This document shows, piece by piece, positions 18,846 to 28,614 of a DNA stretch of 41,883 bases. Under the pieces are notes generated by a model. The model was given only the letters and a program-made list of their open reading frames with translations. It did not search any database and was not told where the DNA came from. Position 1 is the stretch's first letter. The number at the start of each line of letters is the position of its first letter. Origin of the DNA: Rhodospirillales bacterium (GTDB lineage: Bacteria; Pseudomonadota; Alphaproteobacteria; UBA828). Made by a program: the position numbers and the translations under genes. The stretch is taken from the NCBI GenBank assembly GCA_028820995.1, contig JAPPHR010000112.1, positions 1 through 41,883 of the forward strand. The letters run 5' to 3'.

Positions 18846-18976
18846 CGCCGCGCTCCCGGTTCGCTGCAGACTTCCCTGCCCTCACCGGCCATATGGTTAC
18901 GGCGGCCCATATTGCACCCCCGCCCGGGTGCTGTATACAGGGCCGTCCGTCGTCGCCGCGCCGACAGGTGCCTCCA

Positions 18977-19177
18977 ATGGCCAGAGTTTCCGGGGAACTC
19001 ATTACCGCGCAGGCCGCAGCCGGCGGCTACCGCCCGCCCAGCCAAGAGCGCGCCGAGGCGCTCGCCGAAGCGATCGGGCTTCTGGTGCAGGCGGCGGACG
19101 AAGCGGCCGCCCGGCTCACGTTCGAATCGGAGCCCGCGCACTTCCTCATCGCCATGGACGAGACGGCGGCGCGCTGA
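18977..19177 (+). CDS. Small protein upstream of the amidase (possible AtzG/GatC-like accessory subunit)
   Basis: 66-aa helical ORF ending L.FESEPAHF, 1 nt before the amidase start. Role inferred from position. Confidence 0.55.
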   Translation: MARVSGELITAQAAAGGYRPPSQERAEALAEAIGLLVQAADEAAARLTFESEPAHFLIAMDETAAR

Positions 19178-19178
19178 T

Positions 19179-20591
19179 ATGAGCGACGACATCCACCTGT
19201 TGAGCCTGGTGGAGCTCGCCGACGCGATCGCCGCGCGGCACCTCTCCGCCGTCGAGGTGCTGACCGCTACCATCGCCCGCGCGGAGCGGCTTCAGCCGGT
19301 GCTCAACTGTTTCATTTCCCTGCAGGCAGAGGCGGCGCTGGAGAGCGCTGCGGCGGCCGATGCGGCGCTCGCGCGTGGCGAGGCGCCAGGCCCTTTGCAC
19401 GGCGTGCCGCTGGCGCACAAGGACATGTTCTACCGGGCGGGCCATGTCACCACCTGCGGCTCGCGCATCCGCAGGGACTTCGTTCCGGACCACGACAGCA
19501 CCGCCCTCTCCCGCCTCGATCGGGCAGGCGCGATCTATCTCGGCGGGCTCAACATGGCGGAGTTCGCCACCGGCCCCACCGGCCACAACGAGCATTGGGG
19601 CGATTGCCGCAACCCTTGGAACCAGGCCCACATCTCCGGCGGCTCTTCGAGCGGCTCCGGCGCGTCGGTCGGAGGCCGGGTGGTCTACGGCGCACTCGGC
19701 TCCGACACCGGCGGCTCCGTCCGCCTGCCGTCGGCCTGCTGCGGCGTGGTCGGACTCAAGCCGACCAACGGCCTCGTCAGCCGCTACGGGCTCATGCCCC
19801 TCTCCCACACACTGGACACGGTGGGCCCGCTTACCCGGACCGTGCGTGACGCGGCGCGGATCGTGGGCGTAATCGCCGGCCACGACCCGCGCGATCCGAC
19901 GACCAGCGACCGCCCCGTGCCCGGTTACGAAGCAGCGCTGGCCGAGGGCGCCGAAGGCCTCAGGATCGGTGTGCCGGCGGACTATTTCTATGACCTCGCC
20001 ACCGACGAGGTGCGTGCCCTGATGGAACGCAGCCTCGACGTCTTCCGCTCCGCCGGTGCCGAAATCGTCGAAGTCTCGGTGCCCGACATCGCGCGCATCA
20101 ACAACCTCTCCAATGTCGTCCTTTCGAGCGAGGCGGCGGCCATTCACGAGCCCTGGATCGCCGGCCGGCCCGACGACTATCAGGAGCAGGTGCGCAACCG
20201 CTACGAGCCCGGCCTTCACGTGCCTGCGGTAAAGTACATCCAGGCTCTCTCCGCCCGCGCCGGATTGCTGCGCGAATTCGTCGATACCGCGCTCGCAGGC
20301 GTCGACGCCCTGCACACGCCGGGCATTCCCTTCGCCATCCCGACGCGGGACCAGACGAACGTCGGCGGGGGCGAGCGGATGGCCGCCATGGTCGCCGGCC
20401 TGAGCTGGTGCACCCGCGCCGCCAACTACCTCGGCGGTCCCGGGCTGATCGTGCCCTGCGGCTTTACCGGGAACGGCCTGCCCACCGCCTTCCAGCTGAT
20501 GGGCCGCCCCTTCTCCGAGTCGACGCTTTTCCGCCTCGGCCACGCTTACCAGAGCGCGACCGACTGGCACACGCGGGCCCCAAGTCTATAA
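19179..20591 (+). CDS. Amidase signature family protein
   Basis: HGVPLAHKD (Lys), GGSSSGS and GSDTGGSVR (Ser-cisSer-Lys triad). Start ATG 19179. Confidence 0.93.
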   Translation: MSDDIHLLSLVELADAIAARHLSAVEVLTATIARAERLQPVLNCFISLQAEAALESAAAADAALARGEAPGPLHGVPLAHKDMFYRAGHVTTCGSRIRRDFVPDHDSTALSRLDRAGAIYLGGLNMAEFATGPTGHNEHWGDCRNPWNQAHISGGSSSGSGASVGGRVVYGALGSDTGGSVRLPSACCGVVGLKPTNGLVSRYGLMPLSHTLDTVGPLTRTVRDAARIVGVIAGHDPRDPTTSDRPVPGYEAALAEGAEGLRIGVPADYFYDLATDEVRALMERSLDVFRSAGAEIVEVSVPDIARINNLSNVVLSSEAAAIHEPWIAGRPDDYQEQVRNRYEPGLHVPAVKYIQALSARAGLLREFVDTALAGVDALHTPGIPFAIPTRDQTNVGGGERMAAMVAGLSWCTRAANYLGGPGLIVPCGFTGNGLPTAFQLMGRPFSESTLFRLGHAYQSATDWHTRAPSL

Positions 20592-20671
20592 TCCCGCGCC
20601 GGCGCCGCACTGAGCGATTGCGGCCGGCATGCACCCCTGAAGCACGAGCGATGGAGGCGTGAGCGATACCG

Positions 20672-21058
20672 ATGACCGCGCATGGCACATTCTTCTGGAA
20701 CGAGCTGATGACCTGGAGCGTCGACAAGGCGAAGGCGTTCTACGCGGACACCCTGGATTGGCAGTATGAGTCGCACCCGATGGCGGATGGCGGCACCTAC
20801 ACGCTCTGCAAAGCTGGCGAGGCCATGGCCGCCGGCATCTTCGAGATGAAGCCGGGCACGGGCTTCGACGGGGTGCCGGACCACTGGTTTTCCTACATCA
20901 CGGTGGACGATGTCGACGCACGGCTCGCAGGCGTCGCGGCAGCCGGCGGCGAGGTCTGCCGGCCGGCCTTCGATGTGCCCGATGTCGGCCGCTTCGCCGT
21001 GGTCAAGGACGGCGGCGGCGCCTTCATCGGCTGGGTCACCCCGATTCAGCGGAACTGA
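20672..21058 (+). CDS. VOC/glyoxalase family protein
   Basis: WNELMT...AKAFY...W..Y..V.DVD...PAFDVP.VGRFAVVKD pattern. Confidence 0.9.
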   Translation: MTAHGTFFWNELMTWSVDKAKAFYADTLDWQYESHPMADGGTYTLCKAGEAMAAGIFEMKPGTGFDGVPDHWFSYITVDDVDARLAGVAAAGGEVCRPAFDVPDVGRFAVVKDGGGAFIGWVTPIQRN

Positions 21059-21076
21059 CGCCCGGGGAGGCGCGCA

Positions 21077-22246
21077 ATCTACGACGCGATCGTCGTCGGC
21101 GCCCGCTGCGCCGGCGCGCCCACGGCAATGCTGCTGGCCCGCGAGGGCTATCGCGTGCTGTTGCTCGATCGCGACCGCTTCCCCAGCGACATGGGGCAAT
21201 CGACACACCTGATCCACCCGCTGGGCGTCGCCCATCTGCGCGATTGGGGCGTCCTGCCGCAGATCGCCGCCCGCGCCGTGCCCTTTACCGGTTGGCGCGT
21301 CGATCTTCACGGCACCGTGCTGAGCGGTGCGCCGCCGGCTGTGAACGGCTGCGAAGACTCGTACGGTCCCCGCCGCTATCTGCTGGATACCGTGCTTGCC
21401 GAGGCGGCGGTGGTTGCCGGGGCGGAGTTTCGCGACGGCATCCGCGTGGTCGATCTGGTCGAGGATGGCAACAGGGTCGCCGGCATCGTTGCCACGGCAG
21501 CCGATGGAAGCCGGCAGGTCGAACGGGCCCGCCTCGTCATCGGCGCCGATGGGCCGAACTCGGTCGTCGCCCGCTGCGCCGGCGCGAACGAATCCCTGTG
21601 CGAGCCCATCGTGCAGAGCAACATCTGGAGCTATTGGGAGGGCCTCGCGCTCGACCATGTCAGGCTCTACATCCGCGAGCGCAAGGGTGCCTTCGCCTTC
21701 CCCGCGAGCGACGGCACGGTACTGGTCTCCGCAAACCTGATGCACGACGAGTTCGTGGCCGCCCGGCACGACCGCGAAGCGGCCTTCCACGCCAGGGTCG
21801 AAGACGTCGCGCCCAATCTTCACGCAATGCTGCCCGGTGCAACGCGGACGGAGGGCTTCCACGGCGGCTGCACGCGGGCCTTCGTGCGCGAGGCTGCGGG
21901 TCCCGGCTGGGCGCTGGTGGGAGATGCGGGGATGAAGAAGGACCCGGTCACCGCGCAGGGAATCTCGACCGCGTTCCGCTGTGCCGAGATGCTGGCCGAG
22001 GCTGTGGACGACGGACTGAGCGGTCGCCGCGATCTTGACGAGGCGCTTGCCGATTACGCGACCGAGCGCGACCGCTGGCTGCTGCCCTACTACCGCTTTA
22101 CTGCCCAGCTTGCCCGCTTCGCCAAGCCGACCGAGACACTTGCTGCTTACTACCGCGAAATTCAGGACGATCCGGCCGAAACCGCCCGCCTCTTCGGTTG
22201 TGTGGCCCTCACCCACTCGCCCGACGACGTGCTTCCTCCCGCTTAG
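21077..22246 (+). CDS. FAD-dependent oxidoreductase (geranylgeranyl reductase-like); non-canonical or mutated start
   Basis: The in-frame YDAIVVGARCAG FAD motif lies upstream of the first ATG (21128). GADG and LVGDAG..KDP..AQG motifs are present. The expected start position carries ATC. Confidence 0.75.
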   Translation: MYDAIVVGARCAGAPTAMLLAREGYRVLLLDRDRFPSDMGQSTHLIHPLGVAHLRDWGVLPQIAARAVPFTGWRVDLHGTVLSGAPPAVNGCEDSYGPRRYLLDTVLAEAAVVAGAEFRDGIRVVDLVEDGNRVAGIVATAADGSRQVERARLVIGADGPNSVVARCAGANESLCEPIVQSNIWSYWEGLALDHVRLYIRERKGAFAFPASDGTVLVSANLMHDEFVAARHDREAAFHARVEDVAPNLHAMLPGATRTEGFHGGCTRAFVREAAGPGWALVGDAGMKKDPVTAQGISTAFRCAEMLAEAVDDGLSGRRDLDEALADYATERDRWLLPYYRFTAQLARFAKPTETLAAYYREIQDDPAETARLFGCVALTHSPDDVLPPA

Positions 22247-22374
22247 CCGGGGCTGCTTATGTCCATTTGCCGCTGCCCGACTGCCCGTGCGTTGCATGGC
22301 ACGATGCTGGCGTAAGCGAAGCGCGCTGTGCAGCGCACCATCGTCCGGGGCATCGCGCGCGCCAGAAACCCAAC

Positions 22375-24054
22375 TTAGCCCCGAGGCGCCGCTTTCGCTT
22401 GCTGCCGCGCCCAGGAGTCGCGCAGGCCGACCGTGCGGTTGAAGACGGGCCGTTCGGATGTGGAGACCGGATCGGGGCAGAAATAGCCCTGCCGCTCGAA
22501 TTGCACCGTCTCACCCGGCCGCGAGCCGGCAAGGCTGGGCTCGAGGCGGCAGCCCGTCAGCAGGGTACGGGACTCCGGATTGAGGTCGTCCCAGAGCGCA
22601 CCCCCGTCGGCACCCGGAGTCGGCTTGGTGAAGAGGGAGCCGTAAAGGCGCACCTCCCCCTCGACCGAGTCTTCGGCGGAGACCCAGTGCAATGCCCCCC
22701 TCACCTTGCGCCCGTCCGGCGCCTGGCCGCCCCGGGTCTCGGGGTCGTAGGTGCAGCGAAGCTCGGTGACGGCGCCGGAGGCATCCTTCAGCACCTCTCG
22801 GCAGGTCACGAGATAGCCGTAGCGGAGCCGCACCTCGCGGCCCGGCGCCAGCCGGAAGAATTTCTTGGGCGGCTCCTCCATGAAGTCATCCGCCTCTACG
22901 TAAAGGGTGCGGCCGAAGGGGATCGGCCGAGTGCCGGAGGCCGGGTCTTCGGGGTTGTTGACGGCGTCGACGAACTCTCTTTCGCCCTCCGGATAGTTCT
23001 CGATCGTGAGCTTCAGCGGCCGCAATACCCCGAAGCGGCGCGGCGCGGTCTTGTTCAGCCGCTCGCGCACCGCGTGGTCGAGCATCGCCTGCTCCACCAG
23101 GTTGTCGCTGGTCTTGGAGATCGCGAGCAGGCCGACGAAATCGCGGATCGCCTCGGGCGGGACGCCGCGCCGGCGCAGGCCGCAGATGGTCGGCATCCGG
23201 GGGTCGTCCCAGCCGTCCACCCTGCCTTCCTCCACGAGCTGCGTGAGGCGGCGCTTGGAGAGCACCGTGTGGCTCAGGTTGAGACGTGAGAACTCGTACT
23301 GGCGCGGCACCATCGGTACCGGCAGCCGCTCGATCAGCCAGTCGTAGAGCGGGCGGTGATCCTCGAACTCGAGCGTGCAGAGCGAGTGCGTGACGCCCTC
23401 GATCGCGTCCGACTGCCCGTGGGCGAAGTCGTAGGTCGGATAGATGCACCAGTCCTCGCCGGTGCGCGGGTGGGCGGCGTGGAGGATGCGGTAGAGCACG
23501 GGGTCGCGCATGTTGATGTTGCCCGACGCCATGTCGATCTTCGCCCTGAGCACCCGCGCGCCTTCGGGGAACTCACCGGCCCGCATGCGGCGGAAGAGGT
23601 GGAGGCTCTCGGCTGTTGGCCGCGTCCGGTACGGGCTGTCGCGCCCCGGCTCGGTCAACGTGCCGCGATGCGCGCGGATATCCTCCGCCGAGAGATCGTC
23701 CACGTAGGCGTCGCCGGCTTCGATCAGGTGCTCGGCCCACGCGTAGAGGCGCTCGAAGTGGTCGGAGGCGAAGTAGAGGTGCTCCCCCCAGTCGAAGCCG
23801 AGCCAGCGCACGTCCTTCTGGATCGCCTCGATGAACTCGTGCTCCTCCTTGGTCGGGTTGGTGTCGTCGAAGCGCATGTGGCAGCGCCCGCCGAACTCCT
23901 GCGGCACGCCGAAGTTGAGACAGATCGACTTGGCGTGGCCGATGTGCAGATAGCCGTTGGGCTCCGGCGGGAAGCGCGTCACCACCTCGTCATGCCGCCC
24001 GGCCGCAAGGTCGGCCCGGACCACCGCCCGGATGAAATCGTCGCTAGTGCTCAT
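22375..24054 (-). CDS. glnS: Glutamine--tRNA ligase
   Basis: TRFPPEPNGYLHIGHAK, RFDDTNP, YPTYDF.H, LSKR, DGWDDPR, FFRLAPG.EVRLR and QFERQGYF motifs. Confidence 0.96.
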   Translation of the reverse strand: MSTSDDFIRAVVRADLAAGRHDEVVTRFPPEPNGYLHIGHAKSICLNFGVPQEFGGRCHMRFDDTNPTKEEHEFIEAIQKDVRWLGFDWGEHLYFASDHFERLYAWAEHLIEAGDAYVDDLSAEDIRAHRGTLTEPGRDSPYRTRPTAESLHLFRRMRAGEFPEGARVLRAKIDMASGNINMRDPVLYRILHAAHPRTGEDWCIYPTYDFAHGQSDAIEGVTHSLCTLEFEDHRPLYDWLIERLPVPMVPRQYEFSRLNLSHTVLSKRRLTQLVEEGRVDGWDDPRMPTICGLRRRGVPPEAIRDFVGLLAISKTSDNLVEQAMLDHAVRERLNKTAPRRFGVLRPLKLTIENYPEGEREFVDAVNNPEDPASGTRPIPFGRTLYVEADDFMEEPPKKFFRLAPGREVRLRYGYLVTCREVLKDASGAVTELRCTYDPETRGGQAPDGRKVRGALHWVSAEDSVEGEVRLYGSLFTKPTPGADGGALWDDLNPESRTLLTGCRLEPSLAGSRPGETVQFERQGYFCPDPVSTSERPVFNRTVGLRDSWARQQAKAAPRG

Positions 24055-24093
24055 GTGCTGCTGCTTTCTCTCCCGCTAACGTGGACCACCGCG

Positions 24094-25125
24094 TCAGCGG
24101 AAGTGCGGCATCACCTCGCTGGCGAAGAGTTCGGCCGAGGCCATGGCGTCGGCGCCGGGAATGCCGGGCATGTGCATCCAGCAGATCATCTCGCTCGGGT
24201 TGCAGGCCGCCTGGTAGTCGCGGATGCGGGCGATGGCGAAGTCGGGATCGCCGATGATGTAGCGGTCCTTGAAGGTCGCGAACGCGACCTCGGTGGGATC
24301 GTCGATCACACTGCCGTCGTCCCGCCTCAGCACCCGGTCGCCGGCGGCGGAAGCGGCGCCGTAAAGCTCGCGATAGAGGTAGTCCACCGCCGGCGCGGCC
24401 TTCGCTTCCGCCTCCGCCGTGGTCGGCGCGACGAACACCTGGCGGATGATCGGCCGCTCCGGGATCTCCCAGCCGGCGGCGGCGGCAGCGGCCTCGTAGG
24501 GCTTGAAGTGGTCCTGCAGCTCGGCGAGCCCGTGGCGAGGCGACATGATCTGCACCGAGCGCCGCGCCGCGGCCCGCCGCAACGAGCCCGGAGCCGAGAC
24601 CCCGTACCAGATGGGCGGATGCGGCCGCTGCACCGGCTTCGGCGTCACCCGCCCCTCGGGCACCCGGTAGTAGCGCCCCTCGAAGGAGAACGGCTCGCCG
24701 CTCCAGGCCTGGATCATCAGATCCAGCGCCTCCTCGAAGCGTCCCACGCGCTCCTCCCGCGGCACGCCGTGGGCGGCGAACTCCTGCGTCACGTAGCCCG
24801 GCGCCACGCCGAAGACGAAGCGCCCGCCCGAGAGGTTGTCGATCACCGCCACGTCTTCCGCCAGCTTGAGCGGGGCGTAGAGCGGCACCAGCAGGACCGC
24901 GGTGCCGATCCGCATCCGCTCGGTCACCGCCGCGGCGCCGGCCATGGCCACCAGGGGGCCGGGGCAGAATCCGTCCTTCTGAATGTGGTGGGAGCACTGG
25001 AACGCGGAGACGTAGCCCAGCTCTTCGGCCCGCGGCAGGCAACGCAGCATGTCCCGATAGGTCTCGCTGCTGGCGATGCCGCTCTCCGGCGGCACCTGGT
25101 GCGCGAAGAGGAGGCCGAATCTCAT
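24094..25125 (-). CDS. LLM class flavin-dependent oxidoreductase
   Basis: AEELGY, IGTAVLLVPLY.P..LAED.A.ID..SGGR, P.P.Q.PHPP and ELFASEVMP motifs. Confidence 0.9.
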   Translation of the reverse strand: MRFGLLFAHQVPPESGIASSETYRDMLRCLPRAEELGYVSAFQCSHHIQKDGFCPGPLVAMAGAAAVTERMRIGTAVLLVPLYAPLKLAEDVAVIDNLSGGRFVFGVAPGYVTQEFAAHGVPREERVGRFEEALDLMIQAWSGEPFSFEGRYYRVPEGRVTPKPVQRPHPPIWYGVSAPGSLRRAAARRSVQIMSPRHGLAELQDHFKPYEAAAAAAGWEIPERPIIRQVFVAPTTAEAEAKAAPAVDYLYRELYGAASAAGDRVLRRDDGSVIDDPTEVAFATFKDRYIIGDPDFAIARIRDYQAACNPSEMICWMHMPGIPGADAMASAELFASEVMPHFR

Positions 25126-25159
25126 TGCGCTGCCCCTGTCGCCTCAGCCGTCTGCGGCT

Positions 25160-25906
25160 TCATGAGAACGCGGCCCCGGCGATGCCCGCCAGCCAGCCGT
25201 CGTCCACGCCCAGGTTCACGCCGTGGATGTGGGCGGCGTCGTCGGAGCAGAGGAAGAGCGCGGCTGCGGCGATATTGTCGGGCTCCATGTAGCCGGTGCG
25301 GGTCGCCAGCATGCGTGCGAGGCCGGCGTTGAAGGCGTCGTTCGTCCACTGGTGCTCGGTCATCTGGGTGCGGATGAAGCCAGGCGCCACCGAGTTGACG
25401 TTGATCCTGTCGGGCGCGAGCTGCATCGCCAGCGCGCGCGTGAGGTTGAGGAGTCCGCCCTTCGCCGCGCAATAGGCCTCGGCGTTGGCGAAGCCCTGGC
25501 TTGCGGCGATGGACGTAGTGTTGACGACGCGGCCGCCGCCCTGCTTGCGCATTTGCGGCACCACCGACTGGATGAGGAAGAACACGCCCTTGAGGTTGAT
25601 GTCGAGGTTACGGTCCCAGTTCTCCTCCGTGGTCTCGTCGAAGGGCATCTGCTCGAAGACGCCGACGCAGTTGACCAGCAGGTCGATGGGCCCCAGATCG
25701 GCCTCGACCTCGGCGGCGAGACGCCGGCATTCCGAGACGCGGCTGAGATCGGCCACGTAGCAGCGAGCCTCCGCCACCGGGCTCTCGCCCGAGGCCGCGT
25801 CGGCGAGCGCCAGTTCCGCGCCTTCCGCGGCGAAGCGCTCGGCGACCTTGCGGCCGATGCCGCCGAGTCCGCCGGTGATCAGTGCCCGCTTGCCCTCAAG
25901 CCTCAT
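25160..25906 (-). CDS. Short-chain dehydrogenase/reductase
   Basis: TGGLGGIG, YCAAK and NSVAPG motifs. Confidence 0.92.
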   Translation of the reverse strand: MRLEGKRALITGGLGGIGRKVAERFAAEGAELALADAASGESPVAEARCYVADLSRVSECRRLAAEVEADLGPIDLLVNCVGVFEQMPFDETTEENWDRNLDINLKGVFFLIQSVVPQMRKQGGGRVVNTTSIAASQGFANAEAYCAAKGGLLNLTRALAMQLAPDRINVNSVAPGFIRTQMTEHQWTNDAFNAGLARMLATRTGYMEPDNIAAAALFLCSDDAAHIHGVNLGVDDGWLAGIAGAAFS

Positions 25907-25940
25907 CGCTTTTCTCCTGTAGCCGCGCCGTTGGCAGCGC

Positions 25941-26336
25941 CTATTCCATGAGCGCGACTTTTTCAGGTGCGATCCTGACGATCACGCGCTGCTCGCCCTC
26001 CTGCCGGTAAGGATAGCTGTCGAGGTCCATGTACTTCTTGGCCATCGCGTCGATGTGCGCGTCGGCGCCCTCGTGCTCCATCGCCACGACACGGCCCTGG
26101 ATCATGGCCTGCAGATAAGGGTTCTCCATGTCGAACACGGCAATCGCAACCCGCGCATCGCGGCGCATGTTGCGGGGCTTCACCCGCCCTTCCGCCGTGT
26201 TGAAGACGATGTGCGGCCCGTCGGTGTGGATCCAGACAACGGTGGCCTGGGGCCCGCCGTCGCCCATGAGCGTGGCCACGGTCGCGAAGTTCTTGCCGTC
26301 GAGCAGTCTCCTGGCCAGTTCAGGCAATTCCACCAT
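25941..26336 (-). CDS. PPOX-class probable F420-dependent oxidoreductase
   Basis: ATVATL..DG.PQ..VVW...FNTAEGRVK.RN..RD.RV...LAKKY-like...RV pattern. Start ATG 26336 with SD GGGAG. Confidence 0.88.
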   Translation of the reverse strand: MVELPELARRLLDGKNFATVATLMGDGGPQATVVWIHTDGPHIVFNTAEGRVKPRNMRRDARVAIAVFDMENPYLQAMIQGRVVAMEHEGADAHIDAMAKKYMDLDSYPYRQEGEQRVIVRIAPEKVALME

Positions 26337-26430
26337 CTTTTTTCTCCCTGATTCCGCCCCGCAGACGGGGCACAACCATACAGGCGGGGCCGACCGATCG
26401 CACGCCCCACCCAGCCCCGCCGCAATAGTT

Positions 26431-27606
26431 CTATCGGCCTGAAGTCGGCTTGAGGCTGATGTCTGCAACGCTCTTGAGGGACATCGCGGTGATGGCGTCG
26501 GAAAGCGGATAGGTCCGATGCCCCGGATAGAGAACCCATAGATGCTCCAGACCCAAGTCTTCCATGACGATATGCATGGACTTCGTTGTGCGTGGCGCGT
26601 CGGTACACTTGAACTCGAAGCCCCAGCGCCGTCCCCGCCGCAGCAACAGCAGATCGAGCTCGGCACCCCGCCGGGTGGCGTAGAAGTACGCTTCGTGCTG
26701 GCCGTGCGCGAGCAGCGTCTGCTCCAGTGCGAATCCCTCCCAACTGGCGCCGTAGCGCGGATGCACGGGCAGGTCCGTCTCCTTTTCGAGCCCTAGCAGA
26801 AAGTGCAGCACGCCGCTGTCGCGCAGATAGACCTTGGGAGACTTGACGATCCGCTTGCCCAGGTTCTCGAACCACGGCGGCAGGACCCGGACCATGAAGG
26901 CGCCAGCCAGCAGGTCGCGGTAGCGGTTCACCGCCGGAACGGTCACGTCCATCGAACGCGCCAGTTCCGCCGCGTTCCAGGTCTGCCCGTGATAGTGCGC
27001 GAGCATGCGCCAGAAGCGCCCCAGCGAGTCGGGCGAGACCCTGGAGCCCAGCCCTGGCACGTCACGCTCCAGAAATGTCCGCGTGAACGAGCGCATCCAG
27101 CGTGTCCACGCAGGCGCAGACGGTGCCAACCATGCGCGCGGGAAGCCTCCTCGCATCCAGAGCCGGTCCTGATTGACGGGTCCTACCTCGGCCAGCGAGA
27201 AGCCGCCCACGTCCACAAACAGAATCCGACCCGCCAGCGTCTCGGAAACCCCCTTGATCAGGTCCCAGGAAGCGCTGCCCAGCAGCAGGAAGACCGCCTT
27301 TCGATCGGGTTCGTCGCAGATCGGGCGCAGCACTTCGAACAACCCCGGCATGCGCTGGATTTCGTCGATGACGACCAGCCCCTCGCTGTTTCCCAGCACT
27401 CTCTCAGGTGTTCCGGTCAGCGCCTCGCGCGTCGCCGCAACTTCGAGGTCGAAGAGTGTGGACGGACCCGGCCACTCGTGGGCGAGTTGCCGGGCCAGTG
27501 TCGTCTTGCCCACCTGCCGGGCGCCTAGCAAGGCGACTGCCGGCACTTCGGAGAGGCCGCCGGCAATCTCTGCCAGAAGCGAAGGTCGCGCAATTAATTG
27601 TCGCAT
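26431..27606 (-). CDS. AAA_14 ATPase with DUF4143 and PD-(D/E)xK-like C-terminus
   Basis: GARQVGKT Walker A, IDEIQ Walker B, SETLAGR, GGFP, K.PKVY..DSG and ELD...GFEFK motifs. Confidence 0.9.
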   Translation of the reverse strand: MRQLIARPSLLAEIAGGLSEVPAVALLGARQVGKTTLARQLAHEWPGPSTLFDLEVAATREALTGTPERVLGNSEGLVVIDEIQRMPGLFEVLRPICDEPDRKAVFLLLGSASWDLIKGVSETLAGRILFVDVGGFSLAEVGPVNQDRLWMRGGFPRAWLAPSAPAWTRWMRSFTRTFLERDVPGLGSRVSPDSLGRFWRMLAHYHGQTWNAAELARSMDVTVPAVNRYRDLLAGAFMVRVLPPWFENLGKRIVKSPKVYLRDSGVLHFLLGLEKETDLPVHPRYGASWEGFALEQTLLAHGQHEAYFYATRRGAELDLLLLRRGRRWGFEFKCTDAPRTTKSMHIVMEDLGLEHLWVLYPGHRTYPLSDAITAMSLKSVADISLKPTSGR

Positions 27607-27723
27607 ATCTAATGACAACGTTATGATTTACGACCATTATGAAGGATAGAGGACACACCGGGTTGCGTCCAGCGCCAATATCGCCAGTGAGGGAGGGCTG
27701 TCGCCGCCCCGAGCTCCGGCCGC

Positions 27724-28593
27724 TCAGGCCACCCACTCGTTGGCGTCGCCGGCGTCGCCGGCGATGGTGGTGCGGACCATGCGGCGCGGCTGATCCGGGG
27801 GATGGCCGAGGCCGCGGTGCAGGACGCAGCGGTTGTCCCACAGCACCAGATCGCCCTCCCGCCACTTGTGGACGAAAATGCGCGGCGGCCGGCACGCATC
27901 GGCGCACAGCCGCTCCAGCAGGCGGCGGCTCTCTTCCTGATCCTCGCCGACGATGTGGCTCGCGTGGCGGCCGATATAGAGGTTGCGCCGCCCGGTCGCC
28001 GGATGGGTGCGGATGACGGGCTGCTCCACCGGCGGCAGAGAGTCCCACTCGTCCTCGGTAATCCCGCCCATGCCACCGACCTTGCTCTGGCTGTAGGCAT
28101 AGCTGTGCACGGCCGTCTTGTCCGCAAGCCAGTCCCGCATGGCGGGCTCCAGGGCGTCGAAGGCCGCGCGCATGTCGGCGAAGGCGGTCTCGCCGCCGGT
28201 CTTCGGCACGATCTTCGCCGACAGTGCCGAGCCCTTGGCCGGGATGCGCTTGAAGGAGCTGTCGGTGTGCCAGAAATTGTTGCCGTGCAGCAGCCTGCCC
28301 GTGTCGCTGTCGGCCCCCCAGAGCGTCCCGTCCTTCTTCACGTTGGAGAGGTGGATGATCGCCGGATCGCCCTGGGTGTGCGTCTTGGTGAGGCTGCGCT
28401 CCAGCGGGCCGAAACGCTCGCTGAAGGCGACCTGCGCCTCTTCCGTCAGGTGCTGATCGGGGAACATCAGCACGGCGTAGGCGTGCCACGCCGCCTCGAC
28501 GGCGGCGAAGGTCTCGTCGTCGATCGCATCGAGCCGCACGTTGCGGACCGTCGCACCGAGGGTGGCGTCGGTCGGGGTGATTTCAGGCGTCAT
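27724..28593 (-). CDS. TauD/TfdA family 2-oxoglutarate/Fe(II) dioxygenase
   Basis: WHTD, GGET.FADM, HP.TGR and WDNRCVLHR motifs. Confidence 0.93.
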   Translation of the reverse strand: MTPEITPTDATLGATVRNVRLDAIDDETFAAVEAAWHAYAVLMFPDQHLTEEAQVAFSERFGPLERSLTKTHTQGDPAIIHLSNVKKDGTLWGADSDTGRLLHGNNFWHTDSSFKRIPAKGSALSAKIVPKTGGETAFADMRAAFDALEPAMRDWLADKTAVHSYAYSQSKVGGMGGITEDEWDSLPPVEQPVIRTHPATGRRNLYIGRHASHIVGEDQEESRRLLERLCADACRPPRIFVHKWREGDLVLWDNRCVLHRGLGHPPDQPRRMVRTTIAGDAGDANEWVA

Positions 28594-28614
28594 GGCCCCC
28601 TCCCCCTGCGTCGA

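Noticed and set aside
26383-26421. GGCGGGGC/GCCCCGCC inverted repeat after the AAA ATPase
   Set aside because: The 23-nt loop, lack of a U-tract and GC-only stem are likely by chance.
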